Below are positions 27,323 to 36,305 of a DNA stretch of 64,000 nucleotides, one piece after another. Source of the DNA: Candidatus Limnocylindrales bacterium (GTDB lineage Bacteria; Chloroflexota; Limnocylindria; Limnocylindrales; CSP1-4); contig JBBRCU010000014.1 of NCBI GenBank assembly GCA_038204565.1, positions 3,541 to 67,540 of the forward strand. Reading direction: 5' to 3'. How positions within the stretch are numbered: position 1 is the first letter of the stretch; each line of letters starts with the position of its first letter. A program made the position numbers and the translations under genes. The notes beneath the pieces were generated by a model, which had not been told where the DNA came from, did no database searches, and saw only the letters and a program-made list of their open reading frames with translations.

Positions 27323-28119
27323 CCGACCTGATCGATCCCACCACGGAGGCCGCCCTGGCCGGGCTCAGCGAGCCCGCCCCGCCCGGTCTGGCCCACGCCA
27401 CGCTCGTCGCGGTCGGCCTCGCCGACGACTATGCAGTGATCCCCTCGCCGGTGGGTCCGCTGCGGGTCGTGTGGAACGGCCGCGGTGTGTCGGAGGTCTC
27501 CGGCGAGACCGACGAGGTGGCATTCAACCGCCGCTTCCTGGCCAGGACCGGCCGTCGCGCCCGGCGCGTCGCCGAGATCCCCGCGGGGCTTGCCCGCAAG
27601 ATCGAGAGGCGGCTCGCGGGTGACCGCCACAACCGGATCGATCTGGACCTCCGCGGCGCATCCGAGTTCGAGCGGGCGGTCTGGCTGAAGGCTCTCGAGA
27701 TCCCGCGGGGCGAGGTCCGGCCGTACGGCTGGATCGCCGCGGAGATCGGCCGGCCGAAGGCGGTCCGGGCCGTTGGTACGGCCCTCGGCCACAACCCGGT
27801 CCCCTTGATCGTGCCCTGTCACCGGGTCGTCCGAAGCGACGGGATGATCGGCCAGTATTCGCTCGGTGGGCCCGAGAACAAGCGGAGGATCCTGGCCGGG
27901 GAGGGCGCAGACCCCGACGGCCTCGAAGCTCTCGCCCGCGCCGGCGTCCGTTACTTCGGCTCCGACACGACCCACATCTACTGCTTGCCGACCTGCCGCG
28001 ATGCCCGCCGTGTCACCGCGCGGCACCTGGTCCACTTCGCGTCGGCGAGGGCCGCGGCGACCGCCGGCTACCGGCCCTGCCGCCACTGCCGGCCGACAGC
28101 AGGCTCCGCGGTCGCCTGA
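27319..28119 (+). CDS. Fusion protein: methylated-DNA--protein-cysteine methyltransferase (MGMT/Ogt) with a C-terminal Ada-type zinc-binding domain
   Basis: The MGMT active site is LIVPCHRVVRSDG, preceded by YGWIAAEIGRPKAVRAVGTALGHNP. The C-terminus IYCLPTCRDARRV...AGYRPCRHCRP matches the Ada N-domain Cys4 pattern (CxxxC...CxxC). An ATGA overlap joins it to the sigma gene. Confidence 0.85.
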   Translation: MTDLIDPTTEAALAGLSEPAPPGLAHATLVAVGLADDYAVIPSPVGPLRVVWNGRGVSEVSGETDEVAFNRRFLARTGRRARRVAEIPAGLARKIERRLAGDRHNRIDLDLRGASEFERAVWLKALEIPRGEVRPYGWIAAEIGRPKAVRAVGTALGHNPVPLIVPCHRVVRSDGMIGQYSLGGPENKRRILAGEGADPDGLEALARAGVRYFGSDTTHIYCLPTCRDARRVTARHLVHFASARAAATAGYRPCRHCRPTAGSAVA

Positions 28120-28184
28120 GTGCCGACGGAGTTGGCGCAGGCGGACCGAAGCCGTACACTGACCGGATCTTGGACCAGCCAACT

Positions 28185-29162
28185 ATGCCAACCGTTCGCG
28201 CCCGACCCGCCTCCGCGGCCCTGATCTGGACGGCGATCCTCATCCTCTACGTCGTCTGGGGCTCGACGTACCTCGCGATCCGGGTCGCGGTCGAGACCTT
28301 TCCGCCGTTCGTCATGGGCGCCGTTCGCTTCTCGATCGCCGGGCTGGTGATGCTCGTCGCGGTCGTGGTCGCCAGGCGTGGCAGGGTCGTTCGGCCGACC
28401 CGCCGTGAGCTCCGCGATTGCGCGATCGTCGGGACCTGCCTGATGTTCGGCGGGATGGGCCTCGTGTCGTGGGGCGAGCAGACCATCCCGTCGGGGATCG
28501 CGGGGGTCGTCATCGCGACGATGCCGGTCTGGGTGGCGATCTACGGCCGACTCTTCTTCCGGGAGCGCCTGCCGGGCCTCGCGATCGTCGGAATCGTCGT
28601 CGGAATGATCGGAGTCGTGATCCTCGTCGGCCAGGGCGTGGCCGTGGATCGGAGCCTCGACCCCGCCGGGATGGTGGCCCTGATCCTGTCGCCGATGGCC
28701 TGGGCGGCCGGGGCGACGTTCTCGGCCCAGCGGGCCCGGCTGCCGTCCGACCCGTTCCTCGCGACCAGCCTCCAGATGCTGTGCGGCTCGGCGGTCCTGG
28801 CAGGGGTCGCGTTCGGATCCGGTGAGCTGGCCACCTTCCGGCCAGAAGCCGTGTCGGGCGAGGCCATCCTCGGGACGGCCTACCTGACGGTCGTCGGCAG
28901 CCTGGTTGCGTTCACCGCGTTCGTCTGGGTCATCCGCCACGCGCCCTTGCCGCTCGTGACGACGTACGCATTCGTCAACCCGGTGATCGCGGTGCTCCTC
29001 GGGGCGCTGCTGCTCCACGAGGCGGTCGGTCCGGTTCAGTTGGGCGCCGGCGGCGTCATCGTCGCCGGGGTCGCCCTGATCATCATTGCCCGGAGTCGGA
29101 TGGCCCGAGTGGCGATGACATCGCCCGCCGATCCCCGATCCGATGTGGCCGTCGCTGCCTGA
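28185..29162 (+). CDS. EamA/DMT-family transporter
   Basis: It is a ten-helix hydrophobic protein. The N-terminus LILYVVWGSTYLAIRVAVETFPPF is typical EamA. An ATG at 28185 is preferred over the TTG at 28170. Confidence 0.85.
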   Translation: MPTVRARPASAALIWTAILILYVVWGSTYLAIRVAVETFPPFVMGAVRFSIAGLVMLVAVVVARRGRVVRPTRRELRDCAIVGTCLMFGGMGLVSWGEQTIPSGIAGVVIATMPVWVAIYGRLFFRERLPGLAIVGIVVGMIGVVILVGQGVAVDRSLDPAGMVALILSPMAWAAGATFSAQRARLPSDPFLATSLQMLCGSAVLAGVAFGSGELATFRPEAVSGEAILGTAYLTVVGSLVAFTAFVWVIRHAPLPLVTTYAFVNPVIAVLLGALLLHEAVGPVQLGAGGVIVAGVALIIIARSRMARVAMTSPADPRSDVAVAA

Positions 29163-29207
29163 CCAGTCGATCGTCGAGACGCGGCGACGGTCAGAAGGCG
29201 GCGCCGG

Positions 29208-31271
29208 TCAGGAAGCGGCGCCGGCTTCTGCGGCCACCGTTCGGGCGACCCGCCGAGCGAGGGCCATGATCGTGATCATCGGGTTGACCCCGAGCCCGGT
29301 CGGAAACAATGAACCGTCGCCGATGTAGAGCCCTGGGACGATGCTCCCTGTCCGCGTCCGGAGCCGGCCGTCCGGATCGCATGGGTGGCCATCGACGGAC
29401 GCACCCATCCGGACCGAGCCCATCTGGTGGGCGGAGAACACCGAGCCACGGTTGGGCCCGAAGTCGAACGAGCGCAGCGCGTCCTGGAAGACGGTGAACG
29501 CCCGCGCCTCCTGCCCTGATCCAGACCCGGACCGGCCGTGCCAACGTGGCGGCGTACCCGCGGCCAGGATCTGCCGGGCGCCGGCGGCCCGGGCGAGTTC
29601 GGCCATCGAGCCAAGCGCGTGGCGGAGGGTCGCGATCCCGCGCGCGTCGAGGCGGTAGTCCACCCGGGCGCGGCCGCTCGCCGTGAGCCGCACCCGGCCC
29701 TCTCCGCCATCGCGGGTGACCGCGATCAACGGCGCCACGTGGCGGATCCTGCCGAGCAGCGCCGCGTGGGCGTCGGTCCCTTCCCACGGCAGGGCCAGCG
29801 CGATCAGGCCGGGATGGCCGGGCGCGGATTCGATCGCGTAGCCGTTGCGGTTGCCGTCCGGACGCACGAACTGGAGCGATCGGGCGGCCTGCATCGTGCC
29901 CCGCCACATCTCGATCGGATCGTCGAACAGGCCAGCGATGACGGGTACCGGATGGAGCCGCAGGTGGCGGCCGATGACGGGGTGATCGAAACCTGACGCC
30001 AGCAGGACGGCCGGCGTCCGAAGCGCGCCGCCGGCGATGACGACCTGGGGCGCGCGCACGATCAGCCGACGCATCCGCGGCTTGCTCGAGCCTCCGGCCG
30101 GTGCGGCGCCGATCTCGGGAGCCACGCTGAGCAATTCGGCCTCGATCCCGCTGGCCCGTCCGCCCTCGAGGAGGACGCGGGTGACCCGCGCCCGATCGAC
30201 GATCCGGGCGCCGCCGGCCGCCGCCGTCCGGAGGTGAACGCGCAGAGTCGACTGCTTCGTCCCGCGCGGGCAGCCGAACGGGCAACTGCCGCAGTCGCCG
30301 CAGTCGGCCGCATTGCGCCGGATCGGCGCCGCATCCCAGCCGAGCGCCGCGGCGCCACGCAGGATCGCCTGGTCCTTGGGCGGGATCACGACCGCGGGCG
30401 CCACCCCCAGCTCGGCCTCGACGGCGGCCAGATCCCGGTCGAAATCGGGGCCGTCGATCCCGGCGATCCCGTGCTCGCGCGCCCAGTCCAGGCGAACGTC
30501 CTCCGGAGCGGCGATGCACGTCATCCAGTTGACGAGCGTGCCGCCGCCGACGCCCGCCCCCGAGAGCATCGTCAGCGAGCCGTCCCACGTCGTCAGCAGG
30601 CCGTGGTTGAGGTAGGTCCGGTCGAAGGCGTCCATCTCATTGGTGGGGAGGTGAGCCTCGTCGAGGAACGGACCGGCCTCGACGACGACGACGGACCGGC
30701 CGGCTCGCGTCAGCTCGGCGGCGATGACGCCGCCACTCGCCCCCGATCCGATGACGACGACGTCCGCGCTCAGGACGAGCGGCTCCCCGCCGGCAGGGGC
30801 CGGCCCGTGGATGTCGAGGGGCAGGATCGGCGTCAGGTCCGGCGTGATTGGTGGCCGGTCGGGGACGTAGCCGATCGCCGCGTGCAGCGGGTTGACCTGA
30901 CCGGGCGGTCCCGGGTCAGCGTAGGCGAGGAACGTCAGGAGCCCCCGGAAGGCCTGGAACGCGGACCGCCGCAGACCGAAGCGCGACGTCGCCCAGCCCA
31001 GGAGGACCCGCTCCCGATCGGCCGGCGTCCGGTCGCGGAACGACACTGCCCGGCCGGTCAGGAGGAGGTTCACCGCTCGGGACTCGACGAGCCGCAGGAC
31101 GAGCCGGAGCTGCCGCACCTGGGCCGGGTCCGCCGCTCGCGACAAGGCCGCGGCGGCGAGGTTCGAGCGCCGGACGGAGCCGCCCCGGACGAACGTCTCG
31201 GCCAGCTCGGCCAGCGTCGCGAGCTCGGCCGGCGTCCAGCCGGCTGGGGCGGACACGGGCGAGCTCGTCAT
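29208..31271 (-). CDS. GMC-family FAD-dependent oxidoreductase (long-chain alcohol oxidase-like)
   Basis: The FAD motif is VVVIGSGASGGVIAAEL, followed by GAGVGGGTLVNW. The C-terminal part GLYIGDGSLFPTGLGVNPMITIMALA is present. The start is taken at ATG 31271 (MTSSPVSAPAGW). Confidence 0.85.
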   Translation of the reverse strand: MTSSPVSAPAGWTPAELATLAELAETFVRGGSVRRSNLAAAALSRAADPAQVRQLRLVLRLVESRAVNLLLTGRAVSFRDRTPADRERVLLGWATSRFGLRRSAFQAFRGLLTFLAYADPGPPGQVNPLHAAIGYVPDRPPITPDLTPILPLDIHGPAPAGGEPLVLSADVVVIGSGASGGVIAAELTRAGRSVVVVEAGPFLDEAHLPTNEMDAFDRTYLNHGLLTTWDGSLTMLSGAGVGGGTLVNWMTCIAAPEDVRLDWAREHGIAGIDGPDFDRDLAAVEAELGVAPAVVIPPKDQAILRGAAALGWDAAPIRRNAADCGDCGSCPFGCPRGTKQSTLRVHLRTAAAGGARIVDRARVTRVLLEGGRASGIEAELLSVAPEIGAAPAGGSSKPRMRRLIVRAPQVVIAGGALRTPAVLLASGFDHPVIGRHLRLHPVPVIAGLFDDPIEMWRGTMQAARSLQFVRPDGNRNGYAIESAPGHPGLIALALPWEGTDAHAALLGRIRHVAPLIAVTRDGGEGRVRLTASGRARVDYRLDARGIATLRHALGSMAELARAAGARQILAAGTPPRWHGRSGSGSGQEARAFTVFQDALRSFDFGPNRGSVFSAHQMGSVRMGASVDGHPCDPDGRLRTRTGSIVPGLYIGDGSLFPTGLGVNPMITIMALARRVARTVAAEAGAAS

Positions 31272-31338
31272 CGCGTGGATCGTGCCACAGGCAGCAGGGC
31301 TCGGATTGCTCCCGCGGCGCGCCGCCTGCGGCCTTGGG

Positions 31339-31551
31339 TCAGCCAGCCCGGAGGCGGTGGCGCAGCGCGGCGACCAATCCCAGCAGGCTGCCGGCCACGA
31401 CCGCCAGGACGACGCCGAAGGTGCCCGCTCGCGGGTTGCCGTTGATGAGCCCGCCAACGACCAGGTGCCAGACACCGAACGCCGTCGCGCCGGCGAGCAG
31501 GACCATGAGCCCGCCGACAGCCAGGCGACGGAGCTCGAGAGAGCCGATCAT
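31339..31551 (-). CDS. Small two-helix membrane protein, unknown function
   Basis: MIGSLELRRLAVGGLMVLLAGATAFGVWHLVVGGLING...FGVVLAVVAGSLLGLVAAL. Its ATG overlaps the ACAD stop (ATGA at 31548-31551). Confidence 0.55.
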   Translation of the reverse strand: MIGSLELRRLAVGGLMVLLAGATAFGVWHLVVGGLINGNPRAGTFGVVLAVVAGSLLGLVAALRHRLRAG

Positions 31552-32771
31552 GTCGTCCGCGGGTCCACGGCCGGCCGCTCCCAACCCTGGGCCGGCAACG
31601 GCTCGCAACGGAGGGGCTTGTTCTCCCGGTAGCCGAGGGCATACTCGCCCTGGATCACCGTGTGGAGCTGGCTCGTGCCCTCGTAGATGACGGCCGCCTT
31701 GGAGTTGCGGAGGTAGCGCTCGACCGGGAACTCGTTCGAGTAGCCGTTGGCGCCATGGATCTGGATCGCGTCGAGGGCGCTCTGGACGGAATGCTCGGTC
31801 GCGTGCCACTTCGCGAGCGAGGTCTCCCGAGTGTTCCGCAGGCCCTGGTTCTTCAGCCAGCCGGCTCGCCAGACGAGCAGCCTGCCCATCTCGGTTCCGG
31901 CCGCCATCTTCGCCAGCATCTGCTGGACGAGCTGGTGGCGGCCGATCTCCTGGCCGAACGTCGAGCGCTCGTGGGCGTACTTCAGCGACGCCTCAAGGCA
32001 GGCCTGGGCGAGCCCGACCGCTCCTGCGGCGACGGTGTACCGGCCCTGGTCGATGGCGCTCATCGCGATCAGGAAGCCCTCGCCCTCTTCGCCGATCCGG
32101 TGGTCGGCCGGGACGACGCAATCGTCGAGGTTGATCAACCCGGTGTTGCCGGCGCGGATCCCGAGCTTGCCGTGAAGCGTGCCCGTCGTGAGTCCCGCCA
32201 TCCCGCGTTCCAGCAGGAACGCGGTCACGCCGCGCCAGCCCTTCGACCGGTCGACCGAGGCGAAGACGAGGAAATGATCAGCGAGGTCGGCGAGGCTGAT
32301 CCAGATCTTCTGGCCGTTAAGGCGATACGCGTCGCCGTCGCACCGGGCGGTCGTCGCGAGGTTCGCCGCATCCGTGCCGACGCCGGGCTCCGTCAGGCCA
32401 AACGTCGCGAGCTTCTCGCCCTTCGCCTGCGGCACGAGCCAGCGCGTCTTCTGTTCGTCGGTCGCCCATTGAAGCAGGGCCAGGGAGTTGAGTCCGACGT
32501 GGACACTCTGGACGACTCGAAAGGCGGTGTCCGCCCGCTCGAGCTCCTCGCACAGGATCGCGAAGGAGAGATAGTCCATCCCGGAACCGCCCCAGGCCTC
32601 GGGGATCGGCGCGCCCAGAAAGCCCTGTTCGGCCATCCTGACGAAGATCTCGCGGTGAACCTCGCCCTTCTCGTCCCACTCGCGGATGAACGGCAGGATC
32701 TCGGCCTCGGCGAACGCCCGGGCGGCCTGCTGGACGAGCCGGTTCTCGTCGCTGAGCTGGAAGTCGACCAT
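31548..32771 (-). CDS. Acyl-CoA dehydrogenase (glutaryl-CoA dehydrogenase-like)
   Basis: FGLTEPGVGTDAANL, KIWISLA and YEGTSQLHTVIQG are present. It is a full-length 407-aa ACAD. Confidence 0.92.
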   Translation of the reverse strand: MVDFQLSDENRLVQQAARAFAEAEILPFIREWDEKGEVHREIFVRMAEQGFLGAPIPEAWGGSGMDYLSFAILCEELERADTAFRVVQSVHVGLNSLALLQWATDEQKTRWLVPQAKGEKLATFGLTEPGVGTDAANLATTARCDGDAYRLNGQKIWISLADLADHFLVFASVDRSKGWRGVTAFLLERGMAGLTTGTLHGKLGIRAGNTGLINLDDCVVPADHRIGEEGEGFLIAMSAIDQGRYTVAAGAVGLAQACLEASLKYAHERSTFGQEIGRHQLVQQMLAKMAAGTEMGRLLVWRAGWLKNQGLRNTRETSLAKWHATEHSVQSALDAIQIHGANGYSNEFPVERYLRNSKAAVIYEGTSQLHTVIQGEYALGYRENKPLRCEPLPAQGWERPAVDPRTT

Positions 32772-32873
32772 GGCCGAATGCTAGCCCGAGCCATCCAGGA
32801 TCGTCGGGAAGTTGTAATCCGGTTCGCGGCGGACCGAGGGGCGACCACAGCGGCGGGGGCGCAGCATCGACCG

Positions 32874-33413
32874 ATGACCGCCCTCGATCTAGTCCTACCC
32901 GCGGCCGAGGTCGACCCGTCAGCCGGCGCCGGTTGGCGTCGGCGGATCGCCACCGCCGCGCTGGTCGCCACGCCACTTGTCATGGGTGGGGTGAGCAGTG
33001 CGTTCACGATGCGCGGCCTGCGCGTCTGGTACCGGACCATCGAGCGGCCGTCCTGGAACCCGCCCGACTGGGTCTTCGGGCCGGTCTGGTCGACGCTCTA
33101 TCTCATGATGGGCGTCGCCCTCGCCCGGGTCGTCCACGCAGACCGGGACCGCCTGGCCCGCCGGATCGGCCTGGGCCTCTTCGGCCTTCAACTCGCCCTG
33201 AACTTTGGCTGGTCATGGGTCTTCTTCGTCAAGCACGATTTGGCCGGCGCCGTCGTCGAGATCCTGGCGCTGTGGCTGGCGATCGCGGCCACGATCGTCG
33301 CGTTCGGGCGGGTGCGTCCGAGCGCGGCTGCCCTGCTCCTGCCGTACCTCGCCTGGACGACGTTCGCGACGATCCTGACCGTCGCGATCTGGCAGATGAA
33401 CCGCCGAGGCTGA
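32874..33413 (+). CDS. tspO: TspO/MBR family tryptophan-rich sensory protein
   Basis: WYRTIERPSWNPPDWVFGPVWSTLYLMMG, LALNFGWSWVFF and LLPYLAWTTFAT are present. The upstream 404 codons of the track ORF are antisense to the ACAD. Confidence 0.9.
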   Translation: MTALDLVLPAAEVDPSAGAGWRRRIATAALVATPLVMGGVSSAFTMRGLRVWYRTIERPSWNPPDWVFGPVWSTLYLMMGVALARVVHADRDRLARRIGLGLFGLQLALNFGWSWVFFVKHDLAGAVVEILALWLAIAATIVAFGRVRPSAAALLLPYLAWTTFATILTVAIWQMNRRG

Positions 33414-33441
33414 CGGCCAACCGCGCTGCCATACTCGGTCG

Positions 33442-34758
33442 ATGACCGACGCTTCGACTGCCCCCGCTGGACCTACTCCGTTCCCGTCCGACATGGCCAC
33501 TGTCGCCGACCACCTGACGCCCGTCCTTGGGCGCTATTTCGACCGGAGCTGGAGCCACGGCGAGGGCCACCGGCTGTACGACACGGGCGGCCGCGCCTAT
33601 CTGGATTTCGCGAACGGGATCGCAGTCACGGCGCTCGGCCACCACCACCCACGGGTGACGGCAGCGATCCACGCCCAGGTCGACCGACTCATCGGGCCGA
33701 CCGGGGCGATGGGCTTCAGCGAGCCGGTCGTCCGCCTCGCCGACCGGCTCGCGGCAACGCTGCCGGACCCGATCGACAGCCTGATGTTCCTGAACTCGGG
33801 TTCGGAGGCCATCGACGGCGCCCTGAAGCTCGCCCGGCGGGTCACCGGCCGGCCGGGGATCGTCGCCTTCCGCGGCGGCTTCCACGGCCGGACGTTCGGG
33901 GCGACGTCGGTCACGACGTCCGCCCTCAACTACCGGACCGGCTACGAGCCCCTCCTGCCCGGCGTGTATTTCGCGCCGTACCCGACGGCCTACCCAGAAT
34001 TCGACGGAGACGACGAGGCCGCCTCGGAGGCCGCGCTCTCGATGCTGGGCTCGCTGTTCACGAGCATCATCGCGCCGTCCCAGGTCGGTTCGATCCTGAT
34101 CGAGCCGGTCCGGGGCGAGGGCGGCTACAACCCGGCCCCGTCGTCGTTCCTGCAGGGCCTGCGCCGGATCTGCGATGAGCACGGGATCCTGCTCATCGCC
34201 GACGAGGTCCAGACGGGGTTCGCCAGAACCGGGCGGATGTGGGCGTTCGAGCACGCCGGGATCGTGCCCGACGTCGTGGTCATGGCCAAGGCCATCGCCA
34301 ACGGCCTGCCGCTCTCGGCGATCGCTTCGTCACGCTCCCTGATGAAACGCTGGGGCCGGAGCGCCCACGGCTCGACCTACGGTGGCAACCCGGTCGCATG
34401 TGCCGCCGGGATCGCGGTCCTCGACACGATCGCGGATGAGGGCCTCATCGAGAATGCGGTCGCGCGTGGCGCCGAGCTGACTGCCGGACTCGGCCGGATC
34501 GCCGCCGAGGAGCCGCGGATCGGGGATGTCCGCGGGCCGGGCCTGATGGTCGGGGTCGAGTTCGTGAAGCCGGGAACGACCGCGCCCGATGGCGCGCTCG
34601 CCAATGCCGCGATCGCGCGGGCGGCAGACCTCGGCCTGCTCGTGCTGACCTGTGGCGCGAGCTCGCACGTGATCCGCTGGATCCCGCCGATCGACGTGAC
34701 GGCCGCCGAGGTCGGCGAGGCGATCGGGATCTTCGAGGAGACGCTCCGCACGGTCTAG
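33442..34758 (+). CDS. Class III aminotransferase (4-aminobutyrate aminotransferase-like)
   Basis: NSGSEAIDGALKLAR, LIADEVQTGFARTG and VVVMAKAIANG (PLP Lys) are present. Confidence 0.9.
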   Translation: MTDASTAPAGPTPFPSDMATVADHLTPVLGRYFDRSWSHGEGHRLYDTGGRAYLDFANGIAVTALGHHHPRVTAAIHAQVDRLIGPTGAMGFSEPVVRLADRLAATLPDPIDSLMFLNSGSEAIDGALKLARRVTGRPGIVAFRGGFHGRTFGATSVTTSALNYRTGYEPLLPGVYFAPYPTAYPEFDGDDEAASEAALSMLGSLFTSIIAPSQVGSILIEPVRGEGGYNPAPSSFLQGLRRICDEHGILLIADEVQTGFARTGRMWAFEHAGIVPDVVVMAKAIANGLPLSAIASSRSLMKRWGRSAHGSTYGGNPVACAAGIAVLDTIADEGLIENAVARGAELTAGLGRIAAEEPRIGDVRGPGLMVGVEFVKPGTTAPDGALANAAIARAADLGLLVLTCGASSHVIRWIPPIDVTAAEVGEAIGIFEETLRTV

Positions 34759-34833
34759 CCCGAAGGGGGTCGCCGGCATCAGTCCCGCCGTTCGTCGGCC
34801 CGGCTCCGCGAGCGCGCCGCGCGCCATCCGAAC

Positions 34834-34991
34834 ATGGCCAGATTCCCATGAACGGAAACAAAGGCCAGGATTCAGAGCTAGTGACCGGACTGAGCGGCCC
34901 CGAGGTTGCCAGATCGTCCCCGCAGGTGGGAATCTGGCCATCCGGGGGTCGCGGAGCCGGCCGCCCGTTCCGTGGGTGGGAATGTGGCCAG
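34834..34991. repeat. Three copies of a 14-15-nt motif TGGCCA(G/C)ATTCCCA (one forward, two inverted)
   Basis: atggccagattccca at 34834-34848 is the exact reverse complement of 34927-34941. A third inverted copy at 34977-34990 has one mismatch. The region is non-coding and has lower GC. Confidence 0.75.
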
Positions 34992-35032
34992 GTGCAGTCT
35001 CGCGCACCTCGCTCGTGGTCCCTGGACGCGAC

Positions 35033-35061
35033 GAAGCGCCCGCCGGCGGAGCGGGCGCTTC
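35033..35061 (-). terminator. Perfect 11-12-bp GC-rich hairpin downstream of the HTH gene
   Basis: gaagcgcccgc / gcgggcgcttc form the stem, with loop cggcgga. It lies 48 nt after the stop at 35109. There is no U-tract. Confidence 0.45.
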
Positions 35062-35108
35062 GAGGGTGCGTCTCGGTCTGGGCGGGCGACGTGGCGCCCG
35101 GGATGGAG

Positions 35109-35303
35109 CTAGCGGTTCTGGGCGAGGAACTTCATGACGTCATCGAGCCGGAAGCGGCGGTCGCCGCGCTTGCAGACCCGATAGAAGGGAAGCTCGCCGC
35201 GATCGCCGAGCCGCTTCACGGTGTTGACGTGGAGGTGGAGCATGTCGGCGACTTCCGTCGCGGTGAGCATCGGCCCGAGTTCGTTGACGGCCATGGACCC
35301 CAT
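35109..35303 (-). CDS. Small excisionase-family (MerR-like, BldC-type) helix-turn-helix DNA-binding protein
   Basis: From the ATG at 35303: MGSMAVNELGPMLTATEVADMLHLHVNTVKRLGDRGELPFYRVCKRGDRRFRLDDVMKFL (64 aa). Confidence 0.75.
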   Translation of the reverse strand: MGSMAVNELGPMLTATEVADMLHLHVNTVKRLGDRGELPFYRVCKRGDRRFRLDDVMKFLAQNR

Positions 35304-35627
35304 GTGGTCATTGCCTCTCTGTGAGCGTCTCGTAGCGTCCGCACCCGTGTGGTGGCCAGAGGTGGAGTGCGGCTCGCTGATGGGCGGAGCGTAGGGGTCG
35401 GCGGGCCGGCTCGCCAAGCCGTACTTTGGACTGGCCGCTGGTACCACGGTCGTCTCATGCGGGTCTCATTCGACGGCTCGATTATCGGCAATGAACCCGG
35501 CCGTGGGTCGATCTCCCTCCTCCTCCGGCCCACGACCGGGACTCCCCTCCCCCGATCTGGCACGATCACCACCTGATCCCGCAAGTGACCGATCACCGGA
35601 TCGTCGACCACAGAGGACCGCCCGAGC

Positions 35628-36305
35628 ATGAAGATCCTCCTCGTCGAGGACGACGAGCGCCTCAGCCGATCGCTGGCTCGCCTCCTCGACCAGGACCGCC
35701 ACAACGTCGAGATCGCGGCCGACGGCGAGACCGGCGTCGAGATCGCCATCGGCGAGAACGGGATCGACATCGTCATCCTCGATCTGGGGCTGCCTGACAT
35801 CTCCGGCCTGGAGGTCGCTCGTCGGATCCGGGCCGAGCGACGGGAGCTGGCGATCCTGATGCTGACGGCCCGCGACACCGTGAGCGATCGCGTCGTCGGG
35901 CTCGACGCCGGCGCCGACGATTACCTCGTGAAGCCGTTCGCCTACGACGAGCTTGCCGCCCGGCTGCGCGCCCTCGCTCGGCGCTCCGAGGGCGTCGCCC
36001 GCCGACCCGAGCCACGCCTGATCGCCGGTCCGATCGCGCTGGACGAAGCCAGCCGATCGGTGACGATCCACGATCGGCCGGTGGATCTCAGCCCGCGGGA
36101 GTTCTCGCTCCTCGAGTCGCTCCTGCGCCACCCCGGACAGGCCCTGACCCGCGACCAGCTCCTCGACCAGGCCTGGCCGTTCGGCGTGGCCGTGACCCCG
36201 AACGCGGTCGACGCGTACGTCCACTACCTCCGGACCAAGCTCGGGACCGAAGGCGACCGGATCGAGACGGTGCGGGGCGTCGGGTACCGGCTGAACAATG
36301 CCTGA
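35628..36305 (+). CDS. OmpR-family response regulator
   Basis: The receiver is MKILLVEDDERL...ILDLGLPDISG...KPF. The winged helix is VDAYVHYLRTKLG...IETVRGVGYRL. Confidence 0.93.
   Translation: MKILLVEDDERLSRSLARLLDQDRHNVEIAADGETGVEIAIGENGIDIVILDLGLPDISGLEVARRIRAERRELAILMLTARDTVSDRVVGLDAGADDYLVKPFAYDELAARLRALARRSEGVARRPEPRLIAGPIALDEASRSVTIHDRPVDLSPREFSLLESLLRHPGQALTRDQLLDQAWPFGVAVTPNAVDAYVHYLRTKLGTEGDRIETVRGVGYRLNNA

Noticed and set aside
31662-32873. 5-prime 404 codons of the 583-aa + strand ORF
   Set aside because: It is antisense to the acyl-CoA dehydrogenase at 31548..32771. Only the TspO part from 32874 is credible.
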